NCBI GenBank assembly: GCA_963666515.2
Contig: OY762897.2
Coordinates: 1,760,001 to 1,824,000, forward strand
Reading direction: 5' to 3'
DNA length: 64,000 nt
From: Candidatus Binatia bacterium
GTDB taxonomy: Bacteria; Desulfobacterota; Binatia; UBA9968; JAJDTQ01
Under the pieces are notes generated by a model. That model saw only the letters and a list, made by a program, of their open reading frames with translations. It did not search any database and was not told the origin of the DNA. The position numbers and the translations under genes are program-made. The stretch's first letter is position 1. Each line of letters opens with the position of its first letter. This document shows, in pieces, positions 29,178 to 38,153 of the stretch.

Positions 29178-30188
29178 CTGCGGCCAGCGCTCAGGCCAGG
29201 GATGTGCCCGGTGCTCTGGGCGAATATGGCCGCGCCGCCGGACGCGAGCGGTTCGAGTTCGAGCAACAGTCCGCCTTGGCTGGGCGTCCACACCTTCTCA
29301 AGCCCGGCGCCATACCCCGGCCCAGCGGCGTAGACGGTCATCGGAAGATGCGTCGTGTACAGGTCCAGCACCGCCTCGCCTGCCCCGTCGGTGGTCGCCC
29401 GCACCCACGTCTTGTTCGGAAAGAGCGCGAGAACCTCGATGCCGGGCAGGGGCTCGCCTCCGGAATGCACCGTGACCGTCGCATCGGCGGGAACAAGCTC
29501 CAGTTTCGCGGCGGGGATGCGAAGCACCAAGCTGGACTCGTCGACCACCTCGTATTCCGGCAACACACCGGTGGCTTCCCGGGTTTCCTCACGGATGATC
29601 GACACGCCATCGCCACGGCGTTCCATCAGATACCTTCGATGGCCCGATCCCGCCACGTTGCCCACGGGAATGTGGCCGAAAACGGAAGCAATCACCTCGT
29701 TGCGGGTTGCCTGACTGGCGTCCATGCCTTCGATGGTCATGCCGTTCGGAAGCGGCCCGGGCGAATCGATCTTCGTCTCGGCGCAGGCGGCGCTTGGTCG
29801 CGCCTACCCGGACAAACGCCCGCCCGCTCCGCTCATGCAGGGCCTCGCCGCGCGGCACCCCCACAAGCACGAATGCCTTGCCGTCGAGTTCCCTGTGATG
29901 GACCTCGATGCGTAGCGGCGGCTCGACGGAGTGGGTGCTCACCTCCACCAGCAGGTGGTCCAGAGCCGCCATCTGTTCCCGCGACATGCCCTGGATCGTT
30001 CCGTCGTCAGCTACCCCGCACAGCATTACGCCGCCGTCCGCGTTGGCGAAAGCCCCGAGCTCGTCCGCGAAATCGTCTCGTCGCGGGCTGGTTGGAGTGT
30101 CGCCGTTGAACTCGATCTGCTTGAATTCCCAGCGACTGTCCTCGCCCAATTGCAGTTGGCGGCGGATGTCGTCGTCGCGGATCGTCAT
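29147..30188 (-). pseudogene. AlbA_2 (Schlafen-like)/RecG-C ATP-binding protein with internal deletion and frameshift
   Basis: GEDSRWEFK...ELGAFANADGGVMLCGVADDG runs to KRRL, then switches frame near 29780 into IDSPGPLPNGMTIE...RNEVIA...ERRGDGV. The middle of the protein is missing and the 3' end runs into the convergent gene. Confidence 0.7.
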
Positions 30189-30290
30189 GTGACCTGCCAG
30201 CGCTTGGCGTAGGGATACACTCTCAGTATGGGCATCTTGCCACTTGCTCAAGGGATTTGCCACGACCTCCCGAACAACCTGCCCTGCCCT

Positions 30291-31118
30291 CTATATCCCG
30301 GATTCCTTCTCGACCCGCCGCGCGGTGGTGACGAAGCCGGTATGGGCGACCATCCGGTGCTGGGGCCGGACGCTCATCTCCTTGACGTGCCAGTAGCGGA
30401 CCAGCGTTTCCATGGTGTCGATGCAGGCGAACCCGCCGTGCTCATTGAGCGAGTCGACGAACCCCTTCACCTGCAGCACCGTCGGAACGTAGCCCAGGAA
30501 CACCCCGCCCGGCCGTAGCGCCCGCCACGCGAGGTCGGTCTGCCTCCACGGCTCCGGGAGATCGAGAAAGACCCGGTCGACGCTGAGGTCCCGGAGGCCG
30601 TCGGAGACGTCGCCCACCGTCAGGGTCCACTGGGGCGCCTCGCCGTAGTAGCGGGCCACGTTCCGTTCCGCGGCCCGGGCGTGCTCCTCTCTCGTCTCGA
30701 AGGAGATGACCCGCCCTCCGGGTCCCACCGCCCGCAGAAGCGCCAGCGTGAGCGCCCCCGGGCCGACGCCCGCCTCCACCACCGTGGCCCCCGGATAGAC
30801 GTCGCCCCACATGAGGATGAGCCCCAGGTCCTTGGGATAGATCACCTGGGCCTTGCGCGGCAGGTTCGGGATCAGCCGTTCGAGGGTGGGACGCAGCACC
30901 ACGAAGCGCTCCCGGATCGAGGATCGGACGCTGACGCCGTCCGGCTTGCCCAGAAGGTCGTCCACCGCGATGGCCCCGCCCCGGATGGAGATGGTCTCGC
31001 CGGCGCGGAGGGTCTTCAGGTACTCCCGGTCCTTCCGGTCGAAGAAAATGACCGAGTCGCCGTCGCGGAGCGGCTCGCCGGTGGTGCGAAGGCCGTGGAA
31101 AGTGCTTGAATCGGGAAT
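30291..31118 (-). CDS. trmI: tRNA (adenine-58-N1)-methyltransferase
   Basis: AQVIYPKD, VEAGVGPGALT, FLDLPEPW, VRPQHRMVAHTGF. Start placed at ATT 6 nt after AAGGAG (uncertain). Confidence 0.88.
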   Translation of the reverse strand: MPDSSTFHGLRTTGEPLRDGDSVIFFDRKDREYLKTLRAGETISIRGGAIAVDDLLGKPDGVSVRSSIRERFVVLRPTLERLIPNLPRKAQVIYPKDLGLILMWGDVYPGATVVEAGVGPGALTLALLRAVGPGGRVISFETREEHARAAERNVARYYGEAPQWTLTVGDVSDGLRDLSVDRVFLDLPEPWRQTDLAWRALRPGGVFLGYVPTVLQVKGFVDSLNEHGGFACIDTMETLVRYWHVKEMSVRPQHRMVAHTGFVTTARRVEKESGI

Positions 31119-31429
31119 GGTTTGCTCCTTACAACCGATTGGTCCGTGGGTGGTCGCACCACACAGTGTCAGTGTCTGGGTATCAGATCGAGGGTCGCAG
31201 GGCGAGACAGGGACCGGGGAACCCGCAACGGCAACCCAACTTGCGACATTCAGCAAATTGCCGTAAATCGAAGCAAAATTCACCCTGGTGATCAACGCTG
31301 ACTTGGCGCGACGCGCCAGCTGCATTCGTGAGCCAAGTAACGCAGGCATGGAACAGCAAGACAAACCGCAAGGGGAGGGAGTTGGCCAGCGGGCCGTGAC
31401 GAATCATAGTCGTCAGCACACGCGTACAG

Positions 31430-31572
31430 CCATTGTCAAACACGAGCGGACCGTCCTTTCAGCCGATGATCGCGACGCAATCCTTGCCGCACTCTATCGG
31501 CCGGCCGACCCCACCGATGAACTGCGGCGAGCCTTTGCTCTACACCGCGCGCGAGTCGCCCGTGACGGTTGA
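31430..31572 (+). pseudogene. DUF1778 (TacA-like antitoxin) C-terminal remnant
   Basis: ERTVLSADDRDAILAALYRPADPTDELRRAF resembles the DUF1778 C-terminus; no N-terminal RHH and no GNAT partner seen. Confidence 0.5.
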
Positions 31573-31825
31573 CGGTGATTTCGGCTACAACACCACGGCT
31601 CCGGTCCTTGAGGACGCCACCGACCCCGCACCGGCAATTGGGTAAACCCGCTCTATCGTCCGACCAATCTACTCCATCACTCGATGTACACAGCACTACC
31701 CAATTGGACGCGACCGTCATGGCGCGGAAGAATAGGATGACACCCACCGCTTGGCACGATCCGCCTTCTTTCCAGCATCGAAACAATGTGAATGTGCCGT
31801 TCACGCGCGAAGCAGGAGGACAGAC

Positions 31826-33877
31826 ATGGAGGCAACCAGCCGGAGGCCTCTGAGTCCGGCCTTCCGCATGGCCCTCCTTGCGGGGACAATCGCGTCGGTC
31901 CGCTTGCACCTGCGCTCAGGCGGAGATGTCAATGCAGCCGACGAGAGGGGCCGTTCGCCACTGATTCTGGCAGCTTCCAAGGGGCGTATCGATCTTTGCC
32001 AACTCCTGCTGGACGAAGGCGCTGATCCGGATCTCCGTGATCACGCGGGCAACGATGCACTAGCCGTGGCCCAAGCACAAGGCCAGACCGAGATCGCTTC
32101 TCTCCTGGTTCCTGCGGCAACGACAACAGCGAGACTGCAAGCCGTAAACGTTAGTGGACAGACCCCAACTTCGCCGGATGACCCCGTTGTAGACCTGTTT
32201 GACTGGCAGGAAGACATCGAGGAGCCGCCTCCGCCGGATAATCCGTCCTGTGTCAATGACGCGGTGGTTCTCCAAGATTTCATCTCCCAGCACGTCCCCC
32301 TCGACAAGGATCCCGGTTGGGGCGACATAGAAATCGACCTGCCGGAGCCACAGGAACTTGTCCCCGGGCGCACACCCTTCACAGACGACCAGGAGGACTC
32401 GTTGCGCCTGCTGTTTGTGGAGGCGTTAAGGGACGGGCGTGTTCACGAGGATCGTATCGCTGAAGTCCTTGGCGGCACCGCAGATGAAGACGATCCACGG
32501 GAGTCAATACTGATTACCAGTCTACGCCATATCCTTGCCGACCTTGGGACCGAGATCGACGACGGTGCCCAAGCCCTGGACGTCGTGCGCGACGCAGACG
32601 AGGGCGACCAGGAAAGATACGGCGACGCCGCGGCCGAGGCTCTATCCTTTCTCCGGCTCTGCCAATCCAGCGATACCGATCCTTTCTACCGCTACGCCAA
32701 GGACTTGCCCACGGATCGCCTGACCCGCGATGATGAAGTAGCGCTTGGGGAGACAATCGAGCAAGGCATGATGGAGGTACTTGCCACGTTGAGTGCGAGC
32801 CCCGCCGTCGTCGCACGGCTTCGCGCAGATTCCAAGGCAATTCTTCGCGGCGATATTCAGTTGCGAATGATGCTCGAATCTCCTGTTGGGGAAGGAGGAC
32901 TCGGCGAAAACGATCCCGCTGACGCACTCGGGGACGACGTCCAGACCGATGAGTCATCCGATGTCGCGACTTCCACTCCCCAGATGGCTGCTGGGAGTAT
33001 CGACCATCTGAACTCGATCATCGCGGCTTGCCGACGCGGTATTGAGGGGCAAGCGGAACTCGTAAAGTGCCTTCTCCTTGCCGGCATTGCCCCTTCTTAT
33101 CTGGCCGACCTTCAGGAGATTGCCTTGGAGCATGACCTTGACGGGAACCTCCGGAAACGCATCCACGCGGGCCGTGCAAAAGCGGAGGCGGCCCGGAGAC
33201 GTTTGGTCGAAACGAATCTCCGACTGGTGATCTGGGTCGCCAAGAAGCATGGCGGACTCACGCTCATGGACAGGATCCAGGCAGGGAATATTGGTCTCAT
33301 GCGCGCTACTGAAAGCTTCAACCATCGACAAGGCACTAGATTCTCTACCTACGCCGTTTTCTGGATCAGGCAAGCGATCAACCGCACGGTGGCGGACACC
33401 GGAAGAATCATCCGTCTCCCAGTCCATGTCCACGAGACAATAAACAGGATAAATAAGGCCCGGAAAACGGCAAGGGCCGCAACCGGCCAAGAACCCGATG
33501 TCGACAAGTTGGCAGAGATTGTGGAACTCTCACCAGAGCGAATCAGAGATATTCTCACGGCCTCCGAGGAAGTGGTTCCGTTGGAGGATGTGTGGCAAAC
33601 GGTCGCAGAATTTCCCGATCAGACCGTGCAGACACCGGAGATTCACCTATCCGTCAACGAGATGAGACACCTGACTCGAAACTGTCTGGCTACCCTGGCT
33701 CCAAGGGAAGAGGCCGTGATCCGCCGCCGGTTCGGCATCGGCTGTGACGAACAGACGCTGGAGGTAATCGGCCAGTCCTATGGTCTCACGCGGGAACGCA
33801 TTCGGCAGATCGAGGCAAAGGCAATGCAGAAGCTCATGCGCGCCAGACGTCTCAGACTCTTACAAGGTGTCGGCTGA
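31826..33877 (+). CDS. mzaA: Ankyrin-repeat / sigma-70 fusion protein of the Mza defence system
   Basis: AGGAGG SD; ankyrin GGDVNAADERGRSPLILAA; sigma regions LVETNLRLVIWVAKK, FSTYAVFWIRQAI, IRLPVH, TLEVIGQSYGLTRERIRQIE. Confidence 0.88.
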   Translation: MEATSRRPLSPAFRMALLAGTIASVRLHLRSGGDVNAADERGRSPLILAASKGRIDLCQLLLDEGADPDLRDHAGNDALAVAQAQGQTEIASLLVPAATTTARLQAVNVSGQTPTSPDDPVVDLFDWQEDIEEPPPPDNPSCVNDAVVLQDFISQHVPLDKDPGWGDIEIDLPEPQELVPGRTPFTDDQEDSLRLLFVEALRDGRVHEDRIAEVLGGTADEDDPRESILITSLRHILADLGTEIDDGAQALDVVRDADEGDQERYGDAAAEALSFLRLCQSSDTDPFYRYAKDLPTDRLTRDDEVALGETIEQGMMEVLATLSASPAVVARLRADSKAILRGDIQLRMMLESPVGEGGLGENDPADALGDDVQTDESSDVATSTPQMAAGSIDHLNSIIAACRRGIEGQAELVKCLLLAGIAPSYLADLQEIALEHDLDGNLRKRIHAGRAKAEAARRRLVETNLRLVIWVAKKHGGLTLMDRIQAGNIGLMRATESFNHRQGTRFSTYAVFWIRQAINRTVADTGRIIRLPVHVHETINRINKARKTARAATGQEPDVDKLAEIVELSPERIRDILTASEEVVPLEDVWQTVAEFPDQTVQTPEIHLSVNEMRHLTRNCLATLAPREEAVIRRRFGIGCDEQTLEVIGQSYGLTRERIRQIEAKAMQKLMRARRLRLLQGVG

Positions 33878-35421
33878 TGGTGGCCAATTTCTCCGAGACA
33901 CGACTACCCGGTTCGCGTCTTGCCCCTCCCCGCCCCTCCGCCATGATTGAGGCTCTGCGCGGGCTCGGCTACTCCGCAGCGACCGCAGTTGCGGACATCA
34001 TCGACAACAGTATCTCTGCCAGTGCCAAGGCGGTAACACTGGAATTCGCATGGGCCGGCGAGACCAGCCATGTGTCGATCTTGGATGACGGGCGAGGCAT
34101 GGACGGGCAGGAGATGGACGCGGCGATGCGACTCGGCGAGCGGAGCCCACTTGACGCACGCGCGGCGAGCGACCTCGGGCGTTTTGGTCTCGGGCTCAAG
34201 ACGGCTTCCTTCTCGCAGTGCCGGCGGTTGACCGTTGCAAGTATCCGGGGCGAGCGTATGAACTGCCTGCGCTGGGACCTCGATGTGCTCTCAGCGTGTG
34301 CGGATGACGGGTGGTATCTCCTTGAAGGCCCGGCGGCGGGGTCGGAGCATTTGCTGCAGCCGCTGCTTTCAGCCGGTCGTGGAACGCTGGTCGTCTGGGA
34401 GCGTCTTGACCGGATCGTTACACCCGGTTCCGACGAGCAAGACTTCCTTGACCTTATTGATGGCGTGGAGCGACATCTCGCCATGGTGTTCCACCGCTAT
34501 CTCGATGGCGAGTGTGCGGGTTTGCAACTGGCTATCAATGGGCGTCCGTTGAAGGCCTGGGACCCGTTCCTTCGTAACCATCCGGCAACTTGGTCCTCCC
34601 CTGTCGAAAAGATCCGCTCTGAGGCCGGTACGGTGGAGGTGCAGTGTCACGTTCTGCCACATAAGGATCACCTCTCGGCTCAGCAGGAGTCGTCGGCGGC
34701 CGGCCCGCATGGGTGGACTGTACAGCAAGGATTTTATGTCTACCGCAACCTCAGGCTGCTCTTGGCGGGAAGCTGGCTTGGTCTTGGACAGGGTCGCTCC
34801 TGGACCAAGGAAGAGGCACATCGTCTGGCCCGGTTGCGGCTCGATATTCCCAATTCTGCTGATGCGGCGTGGAAGATCGACATCAGGAAATCAACTGCCA
34901 GTCCACCGCCAGCCCTCAAGGCGCATCTGACCAAGCTTTCAGAGGAGACACGGGCGCGAGCGCGCCGTGTGTTTGCCAACCGGGGACAACCGGTTGCCAT
35001 CGACCCTGGCCAGCCTGTGGTCCAGGCTTGGCGCGCCGAACATGCGACAGTTGGCATCCGATACAGAATCGACCGCGACCATCCCGCCGTGCGATCAGTT
35101 CTCGACGATGCAGGCAACATTGCCGCACCTGTTCAAGCTATGCTGCGGGTGATCGAGGAGACGGTGCCCATACAGCGCATCTGGCTCGACACCACCGAGG
35201 GACAAGAGACACCCCGGACAAATTTCGCCGGTGAGCCCTCTTCGGAAGTACGCAAGGTCCTTATGGTGATGTTCCGTAATCTGGTTCTGCGCAAGAACAT
35301 GTCGCCACATCTCGCACGGCAACGGCTTCTTCAAACAGAGCCGTTCAACAATTACCACGATCTCATCGCCTCACTGCCCGATGATCCACACCCAGGAGAA
35401 CCGGATGGCGTCCACGACTGA
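33877..35421 (+). CDS. mzaB: GHKL (MutL/MORC-like) ATPase of the Mza system
   Basis: ADIIDNSI, DDGRGM, DLGRFGLGLKTAS, GTLVVW; translationally coupled (TGATG). Confidence 0.88.
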   Translation: MVANFSETRLPGSRLAPPRPSAMIEALRGLGYSAATAVADIIDNSISASAKAVTLEFAWAGETSHVSILDDGRGMDGQEMDAAMRLGERSPLDARAASDLGRFGLGLKTASFSQCRRLTVASIRGERMNCLRWDLDVLSACADDGWYLLEGPAAGSEHLLQPLLSAGRGTLVVWERLDRIVTPGSDEQDFLDLIDGVERHLAMVFHRYLDGECAGLQLAINGRPLKAWDPFLRNHPATWSSPVEKIRSEAGTVEVQCHVLPHKDHLSAQQESSAAGPHGWTVQQGFYVYRNLRLLLAGSWLGLGQGRSWTKEEAHRLARLRLDIPNSADAAWKIDIRKSTASPPPALKAHLTKLSEETRARARRVFANRGQPVAIDPGQPVVQAWRAEHATVGIRYRIDRDHPAVRSVLDDAGNIAAPVQAMLRVIEETVPIQRIWLDTTEGQETPRTNFAGEPSSEVRKVLMVMFRNLVLRKNMSPHLARQRLLQTEPFNNYHDLIASLPDDPHPGEPDGVHD

Positions 35422-36399
35422 CCAACGGGTAATCAAGCTCGTTCAGGAACTCCTCCTCGATGAGGAAAACAGGGCAGCAGTTACACCTGCTGTAATCGGT
35501 GAGAAAATCGAGCTTGTACTCACCATGAACCCGAGATGGCGCGATGGGCTTGACAAACAGGCGATTACGGATGAACTCATCCGCCGGTTCAGCCTCTGGA
35601 TCGGCCAAGACACTACCCTCCAAAGCACCGCGGGCCACAAGGATTGGCTGACAACGGCCCGCAAGCAGGATTGGCGATACTGGCAGCGCTATCGCGAATG
35701 GCTGGAGCGAGACCTGTCCTTCAAGGTCGTCGAAGGACTTGACCGGTCCACGGATTCCGTTCTCGCCTTACTGGAGGACCCCAGACGCGAGGGAACGTGG
35801 GACCGTCGGGGGTTGGTGGTGGGGCACGTCCAATCCGGCAAGACAGGCCACTACAGCGGCCTCATCTGCAAGGCTGCCGATGCCGGCTACAAGATCGTCA
35901 TCGTGTTGGCGGGTTTACACAACAATCTGCGTTCACAGACACAAATGCGTCTCGATGAAGCATTCCTCGGCTACGAGACAAGCGCCTTCAATGACGAGGC
36001 TTTGGTACCCTTCGGCGTCGGGGAAATTGATGCGGACCCCGACATACGGCCAAACTATGCGACCAACCGCACGGAGAAAGGGGATTTCAACACGCGAGTC
36101 GCAAGGAATTTCGGCATCACCCCTGAAAAGCGCCCCTGGCTCTTTGTCGTGAAAAAGAACAAATCCGTCCTTACGCGGTTGCTTGACTGGCTACGCAATC
36201 ACGTCGCCAACTCCCAAGATCAAGAGACGGGTCGGCGAATAGTCACCAATCTGCCACTCCTCCTCATAGATGACGAGGCCGACCACGCTAGAATCCTTGA
36301 TCGACAGGATCTTGACTCAGGAAGACAAGATATTTGAACTGGACTTCGTTCGTACATGAATACTATCGTAGGCCATCGCGAGTTGTAACGCTCGGTAGT

Positions 36400-38007
36400 T
36401 TAAGCGACGAGCTTCGCCTCATCGCAAATGGCATCGAGGTTCCTGGTGATGGCGGCAAAGCGCCGATGGGTCTTGGTATTGCCGCTCACGGCGTCGGGCG
36501 CAAGATGGGCCAGGCCGGGGCGAAGGATGCGGTTGTAGACACGCGTGTAGAACATCGCCACCTTGAGGCCGTGTTCGGTCAAGTGGTAGCGGTAGGCGCC
36601 GGGGATGCGCTCGATCAGGCCGTGCAGGCGCAGGCGTCTCAGGTCGTAACTCATTCGGCCCGGGCGCATTGGACTGGGATCGAGGCCCAGGAGTGCACCG
36701 AGGTGCCCGCGCAGGTCGCGGTTGGAGAAGCCGCGGGCCGAAAGAGTGAACAAGAGCAGGGCCTGCATCAGAGCCTGCACGCGCTCATCGGCGAAGCGCA
36801 GGGCCGAGGCGCGTTGTCCGTGGAACTCCAGGCCGCGTTGATGGCGTTGGAGTTCGTCTTCACCCAGGGCACAGTCGTGGCTGATGGTTTCTATCTGCAA
36901 CAGACGACGGTTGGCTGTGAAGCCGACCTGGCACAACGCCGCCAGGTTAGACAGCCGCCGGCCCAGGGCGAAGTCATAGGTGTCGTTGACGGTGGTCTCG
37001 GTGCGCAGCGCCTGCCCTTCCTTGTGGTACTGCTTGATGCGCGAGTGCTTGTAGTCCACGTGCAAGGAAGGGGTGACGCCTGCGGTGATGACCCGGGTAC
37101 GGAACCGACCGGGGGTGCGCCGGGTGACCCGGCGCTGGAAGATCAACTGCACCTGGCTGGGGCGACCGAGATCGAGGTTCTCGCGGATCACGTCCTCGAA
37201 AAAGACGCGGCCCGAGGCCGGGCGGTCGAGCACCTGGGTCAGGCTGAACTCCGCTTGCAGGATGGAGATGTCGTAGCGCAGACCGGCGCGACGGTCCTGA
37301 GGCGTATACGGATGCGGCAGGCGATCGAACCACTTGCGCGCCAGTCTGTCGATGAAAGCGGCATCGAAGCCTTCGCAGATCTGTTGCAGCGCCTCGGGGT
37401 CTCCGCAGCAGCGCACGCCGTTGTCCAAAGCCTCGAACGGGATGCCGCGCTCGCGCAACTGGCACTTGGCGTACTCGTTGCCGTTGAGGCACAGCTTGCC
37501 GTTGTACGGGAAGTAGGTGCAGAACTTGATGAAGAACGGCCCCGCCTGTTTGTCCACGCAATAGAAATACACATGGTTGACCATCGCGGTAGACGAGACC
37601 ACCCACGGATAGGTGACCCCGGTGTCCGGGTTCCGGCGCCGCTCGGTGCGCATCACACGGGCCTTCTCCTGCGCTATCCCGATGTACAAAACCCCTTCGG
37701 TTCCCTTGAACCGCCCCAGGTACTCCTGCGTCACCTCGTCCTTGCGCTGGCCCTTCTTGAAGTGCACCACCTCGATCTGCTCCCGCTCCGCAAAGTCCTT
37801 CACCGCCTGCACGAACTCCCGACTCTTGGGCGCCAGCGCCACCGTCGACGCAAACCGCTGGCCATGGTGCTTGTGCAGATACCCCACTACCCCGCCCACG
37901 CTCTGCAACTGCGGCACATACAGGTTCAAGTACAGGCGATCCACCGACTCGTATTCCAGCGTCACGTGATCGCGCAATACTTCCGCTACGGTTTGTGGTA
38001 GGCTCAT
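36400..38007 (-). CDS. Putative transposase/Rep-like protein (535 aa) with C-terminal winged HTH
   Basis: Only credible ORF in the element; GGAG SD; RIKQYHK...LRTETT motif; YDLRRLRLHGLIERIPGAYRYHLT wHTH-like tail; no HUH motif or recognisable DDE motif. Confidence 0.75.
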   Translation of the reverse strand: MSLPQTVAEVLRDHVTLEYESVDRLYLNLYVPQLQSVGGVVGYLHKHHGQRFASTVALAPKSREFVQAVKDFAEREQIEVVHFKKGQRKDEVTQEYLGRFKGTEGVLYIGIAQEKARVMRTERRRNPDTGVTYPWVVSSTAMVNHVYFYCVDKQAGPFFIKFCTYFPYNGKLCLNGNEYAKCQLRERGIPFEALDNGVRCCGDPEALQQICEGFDAAFIDRLARKWFDRLPHPYTPQDRRAGLRYDISILQAEFSLTQVLDRPASGRVFFEDVIRENLDLGRPSQVQLIFQRRVTRRTPGRFRTRVITAGVTPSLHVDYKHSRIKQYHKEGQALRTETTVNDTYDFALGRRLSNLAALCQVGFTANRRLLQIETISHDCALGEDELQRHQRGLEFHGQRASALRFADERVQALMQALLLFTLSARGFSNRDLRGHLGALLGLDPSPMRPGRMSYDLRRLRLHGLIERIPGAYRYHLTEHGLKVAMFYTRVYNRILRPGLAHLAPDAVSGNTKTHRRFAAITRNLDAICDEAKLVA

Positions 38008-38011
38008 GTCC

Positions 38012-38153
38012 GGCTCCGGTTGCTTCGGGCTTTTATGCCCATTTGACCCTTTGAGGTCCGACCTTGCAAGGTCCCATGACCAGGGATTCAATCCCTGCTA
38101 CAAGCGACCGGAGCCAATCCCCTTACCCCCTCGTCGGTCTGAGGCGAAGCCTC
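38012..38153. other. Structured non-coding end of the element (cloverleaf plus terminal mini-hairpin)
   Basis: Outer stem 38012-38025/38102-38115 encloses four hairpins; GAGGC-GAA-GCCTC at 38141-38153. Confidence 0.75.

Noticed and set aside
31131-31825. Possible ncRNA or att site at the left edge of the island
   Set aside because: No recognisable RNA family motif, and no direct repeat matching the right edge (44440-44580) found by inspection.
36334-38001. 555-aa + strand ORF spanning the element
   Set aside because: In-register antisense shadow of the minus-strand ORF, with no recognisable motifs. Such shadows are common in this GC-rich window.
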